A stretch of DNA of 64,000 nucleotides, from assembly GCA_030648055.1 (NCBI GenBank), contig JAUSHI010000009.1, positions 176,769 to 240,768 of the forward strand, written 5' to 3'. This stretch comes from a bacterium. Its GTDB lineage: Bacteria > Patescibacteriota > Minisyncoccia > Sungbacterales > SURF-37. This document shows positions 1-8,149 of this stretch, in pieces. The stretch's first letter is position 1. The number at the start of each line of letters is the position of its first letter. The notes beneath the pieces are model-generated. The model saw nothing but the letters and a program-made list of their open reading frames with translations, ran no database searches and was not told the origin of the DNA. The position numbers and the translations under genes are program-made.

Positions 1-1
1 G

Positions 2-1249
2 TCAACCTTTTTTGAAAACGCGTTAAATATAGTTAATAAAGCGGGGCGCATCGCCAAAATCCAAGGCGATGTTTTATCGCGCCTTGAAAAACCGGAGCGT
101 CTGCTTGAGTTTGAAGTTTCTATTCCGTCAGATAAGGGGGGCGAGCTGAAATTCATGGCGTGGCGCGTGCAGTGGTCAAGCGCGCTCGGCCCTTATAAGG
201 GCGGCATTCGTTTTCATCCTGACGCGAACAAAGACGAGGTCATGGCGTTAGCGCTTCTCATGGCAATAAAAAACGCCGTCGTCGGTCTTCCTTATGGCGG
301 CGGCAAGGGAGCAGTTAAAGTTGATTCACATGCGCTTTCACCAAAAGAACTTGAGGAGCTTTCGCGCGAATATGTGCGGCATATTTTTGAATTTATAGGA
401 CCCGAAAAAGATATACCCGCCCCTGATGTCGGGACAACTCCGGAAATTATGGCATGGATGACCGATGAGTATTCCAAGCTTGCCGGCCATTGGGAGCCAG
501 CGGCGTTTACGGGGAAGCCGCTTGATAAAGGCGGCTCAAAAGGCAGAGAGGTCGCGACGGGATTCGGGGGGTTTGTGGTGTTACGGGAGTATTTGCAATC
601 TGTTGGCCGCGATTTAAAAGGCGCCACTGTTGCGGTCCAGGGATTTGGAAATGTCGGGTCAAATTTCGCGCGAATTGCCCATAAGCATGGTATGAAAATT
701 GTCGCGCTTTCGGATTCCAAGGGCGCGATTTATAATCCTGATGGTTTTAATGTTGAAGATGTTTTGCGGGTTCAGAAAGAGCGGGGTATGCTTGATAATG
801 AAAAATGCTCGCTTGAGGAGGCCTTGGGCGGAAGTTGCCGCGTGGTTGGAAATAAAGAACTTATTGAATTTGATGTTGATGTTTTGGTTCCGGCCGCGCT
901 TGAAAATCAGATTACAAAAGATAACGCAAAAAATATAAAAGCTAAAGTTGTGCTTGAACTCGCCAATGGCCCGACAACAGAGGAGGCTGACGCAGTTTTA
1001 GAAGAGCGGAGTATTGAAGTGCTTCCGGATGTTCTTTCAAATGCCGGAGGCGTTGTTGGTTCGTATTTTGAATGGATGCAATCTAAGGAAAGGAAATGGT
1101 GGGATGAGCAGGTAGCGCTTAATAAAATTGAGGAGGTGATGGTTAAAGCGTTTGGAGATATTTTGAAGGTAAAAAAAGATTTTGATTTGCCGTGGCGTAA
1201 GGCGGCATATGTTCGGGCCGTAAAACGTATTGCCGAGGCAATGCGGTAG
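2..1249 (+). CDS. gdhA: Glutamate dehydrogenase (Glu/Leu/Phe/Val dehydrogenase family), N-terminus off the left edge
   Basis: The frame is open from nt 2 (..FENALNIVNKAGRIAKIQ..KFMAWRV), so the ORF-track ATG at 155 is internal. Motifs KGGIRFHP, GLPYGGGKGA (catalytic Lys loop) and GFGNVG Rossmann loop. Confidence 0.9.
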   Translation, partial: STFFENALNIVNKAGRIAKIQGDVLSRLEKPERLLEFEVSIPSDKGGELKFMAWRVQWSSALGPYKGGIRFHPDANKDEVMALALLMAIKNAVVGLPYGGGKGAVKVDSHALSPKELEELSREYVRHIFEFIGPEKDIPAPDVGTTPEIMAWMTDEYSKLAGHWEPAAFTGKPLDKGGSKGREVATGFGGFVVLREYLQSVGRDLKGATVAVQGFGNVGSNFARIAHKHGMKIVALSDSKGAIYNPDGFNVEDVLRVQKERGMLDNEKCSLEEALGGSCRVVGNKELIEFDVDVLVPAALENQITKDNAKNIKAKVVLELANGPTTEEADAVLEERSIEVLPDVLSNAGGVVGSYFEWMQSKERKWWDEQVALNKIEEVMVKAFGDILKVKKDFDLPWRKAAYVRAVKRIAEAMR

Positions 1250-1257
1250 AGTATAAT
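1230..1257 (+). promoter_or_regulatory. sigma70-type promoter for gap, inside the gdhA 3' end
   Basis: TTGCCG-16 nt-TATAAT. The -10 ends 8 nt before the gap ATG. Confidence 0.5.
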
Positions 1258-1265
1258 GAATAGGT

Positions 1266-2279
1266 ATGAAAAAAGTTAAGGTGGCAATCAATGGATTCGG
1301 TCGGATTGGGCGCTCCTTTTTGCGGAGGGCTTTTGACGTTCCCGGGTTTGATATTATTGCCGTGAACGACCTCACAGATGCCAAAACCCTCGCGTATCTT
1401 TTAAAATACGATTCGGTCTACGGCAGATATAAAAAAGAAGTTAAGGCGACGGACAGCCATTTAAATGTGGACGGTAAAGATGTGCGGGTGTTCGCGGAAA
1501 AAGATCCGGCAAAATTACCCTGGAAAGACCTCGGAGTTGATATCGTGGTTGAATCAACGGGATTTTTTACGGATGCCGAGAAGGCCAAAGCGCATTTGGA
1601 TGCAGGGGCGAAGAGGGTTGTAATAACCGCGCCTGCAAAAGGTGATGTTGAAACCCTGCTTGTTGGAGTAAACGACAAAGAATTTAAAAAAGTTTCCAAA
1701 GCCATTACCTGCAATGCTTCTTGCACGACTAATTCAGTAGCACCCGTAATAGAGATTATGCGCGAGGCGATAGCAATTAAAAAAGCGGCGATGACCACGG
1801 TGCACGCTTATACCGCGACTCAAAAATTAGTTGACGGCCCCGACCCAAAAGATATGCGAAGGGGGAGAGCGGCGGCGGCAAACATTGTGCCTTCCACCAC
1901 GGGGGCGGCAGAGGCTGTGATTCAAGCAATTCCGGAAATGAAGGGACGCTTTGATGCGCTTTCTATTAGGGTGCCAGTGCTTACCGGTTCACTTTCGGAC
2001 ACGACCATGCTTCTTGAGCGCTTCACCACAGTTGAAGAAGTGAATGAAATTTATCGGAAAGCCGCGAAAGACCCGCGATGGTCAAAAATTGTCGCGGTTT
2101 CTGAAGACCCCATAGTTTCTAGTGATATCATCGGCGAACCGTATGGTGCGATAGTGGATATGGGGCTGACCAAAGTAGTAGATGGCGATTTAGTAAAAGT
2201 CTTTTCTTGGTACGACAACGAGGAGGGTTACACCGCAACGCTCGTTGAGCATGTGAGAAGGATTGCTGAAGCGCTCTAA
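1266..2279 (+). CDS. gap: Glyceraldehyde-3-phosphate dehydrogenase, type I
   Basis: INGFGRIGR NAD-binding N-terminus, active-site NASCTTNSVAP, WYDNEEGY C-terminal motif. Confidence 0.95.
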   Translation: MKKVKVAINGFGRIGRSFLRRAFDVPGFDIIAVNDLTDAKTLAYLLKYDSVYGRYKKEVKATDSHLNVDGKDVRVFAEKDPAKLPWKDLGVDIVVESTGFFTDAEKAKAHLDAGAKRVVITAPAKGDVETLLVGVNDKEFKKVSKAITCNASCTTNSVAPVIEIMREAIAIKKAAMTTVHAYTATQKLVDGPDPKDMRRGRAAAANIVPSTTGAAEAVIQAIPEMKGRFDALSIRVPVLTGSLSDTTMLLERFTTVEEVNEIYRKAAKDPRWSKIVAVSEDPIVSSDIIGEPYGAIVDMGLTKVVDGDLVKVFSWYDNEEGYTATLVEHVRRIAEAL

Positions 2280-2297
2280 TGTTTTCAATATTTTTGG

Positions 2298-2328
2298 AAA
2301 AAAATAAGCACCGTTTGGTGCTGTTTTT
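2298..2328. terminator. Bidirectional intrinsic terminator between gap and the convergent small ORF
   Basis: Hairpin AGCACC-GTTT-GGTGCT is followed by GTTTTT on plus and by TATTTTTTT on minus. Confidence 0.65.
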
Positions 2329-2334
2329 GTTGGC

Positions 2335-2369
2335 GAGAGTGGCGCATGGGCTTTCCATGCGCCACTCTC
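2335..2369 (-). terminator. 15-bp perfect hairpin just 3' of ORF 2385-2780(-)
   Basis: GAGAGTGGCGCATGG-GCTTT-CCATGCGCCACTCTC. There is no adjacent U-tract, but the hairpin lies 6 nt from the bidirectional terminator. Confidence 0.45.
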
Positions 2370-2384
2370 GCGAGGTACTGCTCC

Positions 2385-2780
2385 TTATCCGCCGAAGAGC
2401 TCGGCGATCCTCCGAAGGTCGGCGGCGACGGCCTCATCCGCGGCGTTCATCGCCTTCAGGAGCGCGTTCTCCTGGCTAAGGCGGTCCATCTCGGAGAGAT
2501 TCGCGGCCATCTCTTCGTCCCGGTCGGTCGCATCCGATTCGTACACCTGGATCTCCTCGGCGACATCCTCTGCCACAACATTTTTGAACTTGAGGGCGCC
2601 ACAAACGACACCCATGACGACCTGCGCCTCGGCGCGGGTGGTGATGTAGTTCGCCGACGCCTTGGCCTCGGCCAGACCGAAGTGGTTCGGCTCCGGTCCT
2701 GTGTACATGAAGGTGCGCCACACCTTGCTCAGTGCCCAGAAGATGAGAATGGAGGTTAGTGCAATCAACAGCGTGCGCAT
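2385..2780 (-). CDS. Small Ala-rich protein with N-terminal signal/TM anchor, unknown function, in a GC-rich islet
   Basis: N-terminus MRTLLIALTSILIFWALSKVW. AAGGAGG lies 8 nt upstream of the ATG, with its own TTGACA-17-TACAAT promoter. The overlapping plus-strand ORF 2346-2759 lacks such signals. Confidence 0.6.
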   Translation of the reverse strand: MRTLLIALTSILIFWALSKVWRTFMYTGPEPNHFGLAEAKASANYITTRAEAQVVMGVVCGALKFKNVVAEDVAEEIQVYESDATDRDEEMAANLSEMDRLSQENALLKAMNAADEAVAADLRRIAELFGG

Positions 2781-2880
2781 CTGCTTGTTCCTCCTTAGGG
2801 ATGGTTTGGTGGGTGTTTATAAAAACTTCACCGGGAAGCCCATTTCTTGCCCGTTGAAGCGGTTTTCAAAGGTCAGAGCC

Positions 2881-2909
2881 ATTGTAGCACTATTATATAT
2901 TATTGTCAA
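2881..2909 (-). promoter_or_regulatory. sigma70-type promoter for ORF 2385-2780(-)
   Basis: Minus strand reads TTGACA-17 nt-TACAAT. Confidence 0.6.
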
Positions 2910-2975
2910 TATCTTTCATTTTCTTATTTTTTAACGCAAAATATATATAATTATGCCGGGTAATGAAAATTAAAT

Positions 2976-4241
2976 ATGAAGCAGTCACAACTTTTTGGAA
3001 AAACGCTCCGTGAGGCCCCAAAAGACGAGGCCTCCGCCAACGCTGAACTTCTTGAGAGGGGCGGTTTTGTTTACAAAAATTCCGCCGGAATATATTCGTA
3101 TCTTCCTTTGGGGTGGCGCGTTTTACAAAAAATTGCGGGAATTATCAGGGAGGAAATAAACGCTATCGGCGGCCAAGAGCTTTTTATGCCGGCACTCGTT
3201 GAGAAAAAATATATGGAGCCGACCGGGCGATGGGGCGTTGATATTGGGCTTGAGGTAAAAGGCAAGGGTGAAAAAGAAGCCTTGTTTGTTCTCGGTTGGA
3301 CGCATGAGGAAATTTTAACCGCCATCGCCAAACATTTTGTGAATTCATATAAAGACCTGCCGTTTTCCGCCTATCAAATTCAAACGAAATTCAGAAACGA
3401 GCCGAGGGCCAAGTCCGGCCTTTTAAGGGGGCGCGAATTTATGATGAAAGATTTATATAGTTTTCACGCCGACGAAAAAGATTTTGAAAATTATTATGCC
3501 GTGGCAAAAGGGGCTTACGAAAAGATATTTAAGAGGGCCGGAGTTGATGCGATTTATACCGTTGCCGCCGGAGGAGTTTTTACCAAAGCAAACACCCATG
3601 AATTTCAGGTTGTCTCGTCAGTTGGTGAGGATACGGTTTTTATCTGTGAGAATTGCAATTACGCCGAGAATCAGGAAATTTCCAAACTTAAAGAAGGCGG
3701 CGAGTGCCCGAAATGCAAAGGAAAAATTCACGAGAAAAAAGCTATTGAGGTGGGAAATATTTTTCCGCTCGGAATTAAATATTCAGAGGCGTTGAACCTT
3801 CAGTTTATTGACGACGCGGGAAACAAAAAATTTGTGATTATGGGCTCTTATGGAATCGGCCTCGGCCGTCTAATGGGAACGATTGTTGAGGTAAGCCATG
3901 ATGAAAAAGGTATTTTGTGGCCGGAATCAGTGGCGCCTTTTCGCGTGCATTTATTAGCGCTTTCCGGGAAAGACGAAGAGACGGCAAAAACCGTAAAAAA
4001 AGAGGCGGAAAAATTATACGAAGAGCTCTCGGCAAAAGGGGTTGAGGTGTTATATGACGATCGTGTCGCCAAAACGGCAGGAGAGAAATTCGCCGACGCG
4101 GATTTGATAGGCATTCCGTGGAGGGTGGTTGTTTCGGAAAAAACGCTGAAAGAGAAGAGTGTTGAAATCAAAAAGAGAAGCGCAAGTAACGCTGAACTTG
4201 TAAAACTCACGGAAACGGTTCAAATATTGGCAAAAAAATAA
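2976..4241 (+). CDS. proS: Prolyl-tRNA synthetase, short form lacking the INS editing domain
   Basis: Class II motifs (FRNEPRAKSGLLRGREFMMKD, GSYGIGLGRL) and an anticodon-binding C-terminus. A CxxC..CxxC insert sits where INS normally lies. Confidence 0.95.
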   Translation: MKQSQLFGKTLREAPKDEASANAELLERGGFVYKNSAGIYSYLPLGWRVLQKIAGIIREEINAIGGQELFMPALVEKKYMEPTGRWGVDIGLEVKGKGEKEALFVLGWTHEEILTAIAKHFVNSYKDLPFSAYQIQTKFRNEPRAKSGLLRGREFMMKDLYSFHADEKDFENYYAVAKGAYEKIFKRAGVDAIYTVAAGGVFTKANTHEFQVVSSVGEDTVFICENCNYAENQEISKLKEGGECPKCKGKIHEKKAIEVGNIFPLGIKYSEALNLQFIDDAGNKKFVIMGSYGIGLGRLMGTIVEVSHDEKGILWPESVAPFRVHLLALSGKDEETAKTVKKEAEKLYEELSAKGVEVLYDDRVAKTAGEKFADADLIGIPWRVVVSEKTLKEKSVEIKKRSASNAELVKLTETVQILAKK

Positions 4242-4264
4242 GGTGATGCTTTATCTTAGTTAAG

Positions 4265-5626
4265 ATGAATGACGTAAATAAAATATTTGACGTGATGCGA
4301 AAAGAGATTGTTACAGTTATCGCAACCCTTTTTTTGGTGGTGGGCAGCGCTTTCTATTTCGGAGTAAAACAGTATTCTGTATACCAAGCAAAAAAAGGTG
4401 CAAAAGAAAAACAAATTCAGGAATTATTAATTACACAACAAAAAGCTCTAAAGGAGGCAAATCAAGAAATAGATATTTTAAAACAGCCCGCTACGAGATA
4501 TATTGGTTCACCAGCCGATATTTTAAAGAATAAGGCGCAAACACAGGCTGTTAGTAAAACTAATGCAGAAATAATTAAAAAAGTAAAGCCGGCTGTAGTT
4601 TACATTGAAACAGAGGATGGTTCTAGCGCTGGTAGCGGGATGATTATAGAATCGGCAGGTTTTATCCTCACCAATGCACATGTAGTACAAGGTGTTAATT
4701 CCGCTAAGATTAAACTTTCTGATAATAAGTCGTTTGTTGCAACAGTGATTGGTAGGGATGAAAATATAGATCTTGCAATTCTAAAAGTAGATGGAGGGGA
4801 TCTACCAACAGTCGAGCTCGGCAATTCTGATACCGCAGAACAGGGCGATGAAGTATTTACTCTTGGTTATCCTTTTGGTTTAGAGGGAGATGTGAGTTTT
4901 AAGGAAGGAACAATTTCGCGAAGAATTAGTGACGGAAGCACAACTTATTTGGAAACCTCGGCAGAAATTCATCCTGGAAATAGCGGGGGGCCACTCGTAA
5001 ACAGGCTTGGTAAAGTTATAGGTATAAACACAGCAATATTTGGGAAAAGCATAAAAGGAATTATTTTTGGAGAAAGCATCAAACTGGCAATTCCTATAAA
5101 TTCTGCAAAAAATGTAATTCCCGAATTAAAGTTAGGAAAAATAATAATCGGAAATCAATTACAACCGGAAACCAAGAAAGTCCTATCAGAAGAAGACGCA
5201 CGAGAGCAAAGAATTAGCGCTGTTATAACGAGAGCAAGAAGCTTACTAAGTGATATAGATAGCACTGTCAAAATTCTCTATACAAATATTGAATGGGTAA
5301 AATTAATAATAAACCAGCTTAATGCTTATAACTATCTATCCGGAAAAGCCGATAATGCCAAAATAAAAGAACTAAACGACTATTGGGTTAAAGACGCGAA
5401 TGGGACCATCAAGGCTCTTAATGATGAGTTAAGGCCGCTTGTGTTAAATGCAGTAAGCAGAGATTTTGTTAGTGACATTTATCATCCGTTGGGTTCGACT
5501 GAGAGCGATTTATACAGACAAGAGGCCGTGGTGAAAACTTATTGGACGAATGCCATAAATAAAAACGATGAATTCACTTCATTTTCTAAAGATTTAAGTG
5601 AGAGAATAAAAGTATGGCTTCAATAA
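4265..5626 (+). CDS. Membrane-anchored trypsin-like (S1C/HtrA-like) serine protease without PDZ, with an unknown C-terminal domain
   Basis: N-terminal TM segment. His (TNAHVV), Asp (DLAILKV) and Ser (GNSGGPLVN) catalytic motifs. Confidence 0.85.
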   Translation: MNDVNKIFDVMRKEIVTVIATLFLVVGSAFYFGVKQYSVYQAKKGAKEKQIQELLITQQKALKEANQEIDILKQPATRYIGSPADILKNKAQTQAVSKTNAEIIKKVKPAVVYIETEDGSSAGSGMIIESAGFILTNAHVVQGVNSAKIKLSDNKSFVATVIGRDENIDLAILKVDGGDLPTVELGNSDTAEQGDEVFTLGYPFGLEGDVSFKEGTISRRISDGSTTYLETSAEIHPGNSGGPLVNRLGKVIGINTAIFGKSIKGIIFGESIKLAIPINSAKNVIPELKLGKIIIGNQLQPETKKVLSEEDAREQRISAVITRARSLLSDIDSTVKILYTNIEWVKLIINQLNAYNYLSGKADNAKIKELNDYWVKDANGTIKALNDELRPLVLNAVSRDFVSDIYHPLGSTESDLYRQEAVVKTYWTNAINKNDEFTSFSKDLSERIKVWLQ

Positions 5627-5637
5627 AAGCTGACCGT

Positions 5638-5745
5638 AATGAAAAAACTCTGGCTAAAGAAAGTGTTGAAATCAAACAAAGAAATGCCAGTAACGCCGAG
5701 TTGGTAAAGCTCACAGAGGCAGTTCAAGCGCTGGCAAAAAAATAG
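5638..5745 (+). pseudogene. Displaced duplicate of the proS 3' end (last ~35 codons plus stop)
   Basis: Translates NEKTLAKESVEIKQRNASNAELVKLTEAVQALAKK*, compared with proS SEKTLKEKSVEIKKRSASNAELVKLTETVQILAKK*. No ORF lies upstream in that frame. Confidence 0.75.
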
Positions 5746-5772
5746 GGTACTACACCATTTTCATTTTAGCGA

Positions 5773-5806
5773 CGCGCAAGTTTTAGCAGGGGATTGCGCG
5801 TTTTTT
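5773..5806 (+). terminator. Intrinsic terminator following the proS remnant
   Basis: CGCGCAA-14 nt-TTGCGCG followed by TTTTTT. Confidence 0.65.
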
Positions 5807-5843
5807 GCTCTGTGTTATTGTATATGTTGTATATGAAGAGGGC

Positions 5844-5872
5844 TTGCATTTGTATAAGGAATGCACTATAAT
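5844..5872 (+). promoter_or_regulatory. sigma70-type promoter of lexA (leaderless geometry)
   Basis: TTGCAT-17 nt-TATAAT. The -10 ends 6 nt before ATG 5879. The ORF-track ATG at 5861 lies inside the promoter. Confidence 0.65.
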
Positions 5873-5878
5873 GTGTTT

Positions 5879-6538
5879 ATGCGCAATAAAAGTCTTACCC
5901 TTAAACAGCAGCGTGTTTACAGTTTCATCCAGGAATACCTCCGGAAACACAGGGAACCACCTACAATATTGGAGGTCGCCGAAATGCTTAAGGCCCCTTC
6001 TCTGCGCTCGGTTACCCAGTATTTTGAAGCTCTGGAAAGAAAGGGCTTGATTAGGCGGAAACGCCACAAAAAGCGCGGTGTTGAACTTGTGGAGATATTT
6101 CCAAGTGAAGAGATGGTCTCGGTTCCTGTATTTGCTTCTGCGGGGTGTGGAAGCCCAAGCGTAATTGCTGAGCGGACCTTTGATGAATTCGTGACCGTAT
6201 CCAAAAAAGTTGTACCGAACAAAAAGAAAGAGCGGCTGTATGTTATACGCGCAGTTGGGAAGTCGATGGAAGATGCTGGTATTAAGGATGGCGATTTGGT
6301 GCTTGTTGAACAAACAGGTCACGCCGAGAATAACGATCTCGTCGTTGTGATTATTGAGGATACTGCGGTTATAAAAAAGATTTCTTTCGCGAATAACGTC
6401 ATAATCCTTAATCCTGTCACGATCGATCCAGAATATCGTCCCATGATCATGCGCCGCGATTTCAATATTTTTGGGAAAGTTATTCAGGTCATTAATGTCG
6501 AACGAAATAATGATTATCAAATTATACCTATTCAATAA
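5879..6538 (+). CDS. lexA: LexA-like repressor (wHTH plus S24 peptidase)
   Basis: The N-terminus LTLKQQRVYSFIQEYLRKHREPPTILEVAEML..ALERKGLI is LexA-like. S24 Ser (AVGKSM) and Lys (AVIKKI) are present. The antisense 255-aa ORF is ignored. Confidence 0.85.
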   Translation: MRNKSLTLKQQRVYSFIQEYLRKHREPPTILEVAEMLKAPSLRSVTQYFEALERKGLIRRKRHKKRGVELVEIFPSEEMVSVPVFASAGCGSPSVIAERTFDEFVTVSKKVVPNKKKERLYVIRAVGKSMEDAGIKDGDLVLVEQTGHAENNDLVVVIIEDTAVIKKISFANNVIILNPVTIDPEYRPMIMRRDFNIFGKVIQVINVERNNDYQIIPIQ

Positions 6539-6539
6539 A

Positions 6540-6899
6540 ATGAAGAACAATAAAATAAATCAAGACGACTCAAATACCGGAAATAGAGAAACATTGTTAG
6601 AAAAGCGAGAAACAAAAGTGGTTGTGGGTTTTCCTGATAAAATAGGCATTGAGCTTGTGCAGGCAAACGAACTCCGACACTACGAATTGTTTCAGTGGCT
6701 TGTCATACTTGTTGCCCCGATTGCTGTTGGTTTTTGGACCGCATATGTGGCAGAACCATTAAGGCCGAACGCACTTTGGTGGAGTGCGCTTGCTTTTAGT
6801 GGATTTACAGTAATTTTTATTGCGTTTGCGGTTTATTATCGGCGAAAGGTATTTCACGGTAGCATTTTAAAAGAAATTTCTTTGGCTGAATTTAAGTAA
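6540..6899 (+). CDS. Small two-TM membrane protein (holin-like topology), unknown family
   Basis: The ATG lies 2 nt after the lexA stop. Two hydrophobic helices (LVILVAPIAVGFWTAYVA, ALAFSGFTVIFIAFAVYY) precede a charged C-terminus. Confidence 0.55.
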   Translation: MKNNKINQDDSNTGNRETLLEKRETKVVVGFPDKIGIELVQANELRHYELFQWLVILVAPIAVGFWTAYVAEPLRPNALWWSALAFSGFTVIFIAFAVYYRRKVFHGSILKEISLAEFK

Positions 6900-6912
6900 T
6901 AATTTTTAAAAT

Positions 6913-7695
6913 ATGGAACAATTTCTTTGGCCTCTTAAGAGGTCATCTGTAAAAATTTCTCAGCACTTTGGGAGTATTTGGTCGGCTAATAGTTCTAAAA
7001 AGCATACAGGAATTGATATTGCAGCTGTTCCTGGAGATGCGGTATACGCAGCAGCGGCTGGAATGGTGACGAAAACGGGGATTCTTGATACTACGGGGGC
7101 GTGGGCAAAATACGTCGTGCTTGAGCACGAGACAAAAGACTATTGCACCTCTTATCTTCACATTGAACCGAAAGTGGCTATTGGTCAGAAGCTAAATGTA
7201 GGAGATTTTGTTGGAGTTATTGCAGACATTTCAGCGCCGCACTGTCATTTTAATGTGTGGAAGAGCGTCCACGATGATAAACTAACTCAACGAGGGGCAT
7301 TACCGATCGTGTGTGCGGCGGGAGGCGATCCGGTATTTCCCAATAATTTTGTTGACCCACTATCTTTTAGTTATCGGTATGTTGATAGTGATACAATTCC
7401 CCCCACACCGATTGTTCCTTTATTTATTCGTAACTTGGTTCTTAATGATTCAGGTACAGATGTAAGTTTACTTCAGATATTGCTTAACAAAGATCCAGAG
7501 ACGACAGTTGCTACTACCGGCCCTGGATCGCCTGGACGGGAGACCAATTATTTCGGCGACTTAACAGAGAAGGCCGTGCAGAAATTTCAGGTTAAGTACG
7601 GCATCGTTTCTTTGGGTGCGCCGGGTTATGGTTTAGTAGGTTCTCTAACGAGGACAAAGCTACAGGAACTTTTTGGAAATCACTTAAATACTTGA
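6913..7695 (+). CDS. M23 family metallopeptidase with C-terminal peptidoglycan-binding (PG_binding_1-like) domain, no signal peptide
   Basis: HTGIDIAA (HxxxD) and HCHFNV (HxH) motifs. C-terminal LLNKDPE..YFGDLTEKAVQKFQVKYGI. Confidence 0.85.
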   Translation: MEQFLWPLKRSSVKISQHFGSIWSANSSKKHTGIDIAAVPGDAVYAAAAGMVTKTGILDTTGAWAKYVVLEHETKDYCTSYLHIEPKVAIGQKLNVGDFVGVIADISAPHCHFNVWKSVHDDKLTQRGALPIVCAAGGDPVFPNNFVDPLSFSYRYVDSDTIPPTPIVPLFIRNLVLNDSGTDVSLLQILLNKDPETTVATTGPGSPGRETNYFGDLTEKAVQKFQVKYGIVSLGAPGYGLVGSLTRTKLQELFGNHLNT

Positions 7696-7721
7696 TTTCT
7701 ATAAATCCAATATCGGAATAG

Positions 7722-7754
7722 CCACCCCAAAACCCCTGCAAAAATCGGCATGAT
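7722..7754 (+). repeat. Cassette-junction motif, copy 1
   Basis: CCACCCCAAAACCCCTGCAAAAATCGGCATGATG; matches the AAACCCTTGCAAAAATCGGCATAATG family. Confidence 0.8.
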
Positions 7755-7781
7755 GGGTAGATTCTGCTGTTATCGTATCCG

Positions 7782-7810
7782 TTGCATTATCAGAAATTTA
7801 GTGATAGTAT
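7782..7810 (+). promoter_or_regulatory. sigma70-type promoter of hicB-like gene (leaderless geometry)
   Basis: TTGCAT-17 nt-TAGTAT, then 6 nt to ATG 7817. Confidence 0.55.
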
Positions 7811-7816
7811 GACTGT

Positions 7817-8149
7817 ATGGTGAAATTAACTCAAAAAAATGAACAAGAAATTGAGCGATTACGCGGTCTTTTCCTCTCTGAAATAGAAGTAGTGGTTCAG
7901 AGGTCTGAGGATGGCGGTTTTTTTGCTAAAATCTTGACTCTAGAAGGCTTATTTACGGAAGCAGAAACCTTTTCTGAACTTATTGAGATGGTAAATGACG
8001 CAGTTATGACTTACTTTGAGGTTCCGAGGCAGTATGTTTCGTACATGCCAAGTTATGTTCCCTCACTTAAGGTGGCACAAGAATTCGGTGTGTTTCCGGC
8101 GTTTCCTCAAAAGAAAGAAATTACATTACCACTTGCTGTAAATATGTGA
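7817..8149 (+). CDS. hicB: HicB-like antitoxin
   Basis: HicB/UPF0150-like N-terminal fold signature (GGFFAKILTLEGLFTEAETFSELIEMVNDAV). There is a 4-nt ATGA overlap with the next gene. Confidence 0.65.
   Translation: MVKLTQKNEQEIERLRGLFLSEIEVVVQRSEDGGFFAKILTLEGLFTEAETFSELIEMVNDAVMTYFEVPRQYVSYMPSYVPSLKVAQEFGVFPAFPQKKEITLPLAVNM

Noticed and set aside
2346-2759. 137-aa plus-strand ORF in the GC-rich islet
   Set aside because: The minus-strand partner has the promoter, a strong SD, a signal-like N-terminus and a terminator. The plus-strand ORF starts inside a terminator hairpin and has none of these.
5783-6550. 255-aa ORF on the minus strand covering the lexA region
   Set aside because: It is exactly antisense to a plus-strand ORF with clear LexA homology and a good promoter. 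Its sequence is low-complexity, with no family resemblance or start signals.
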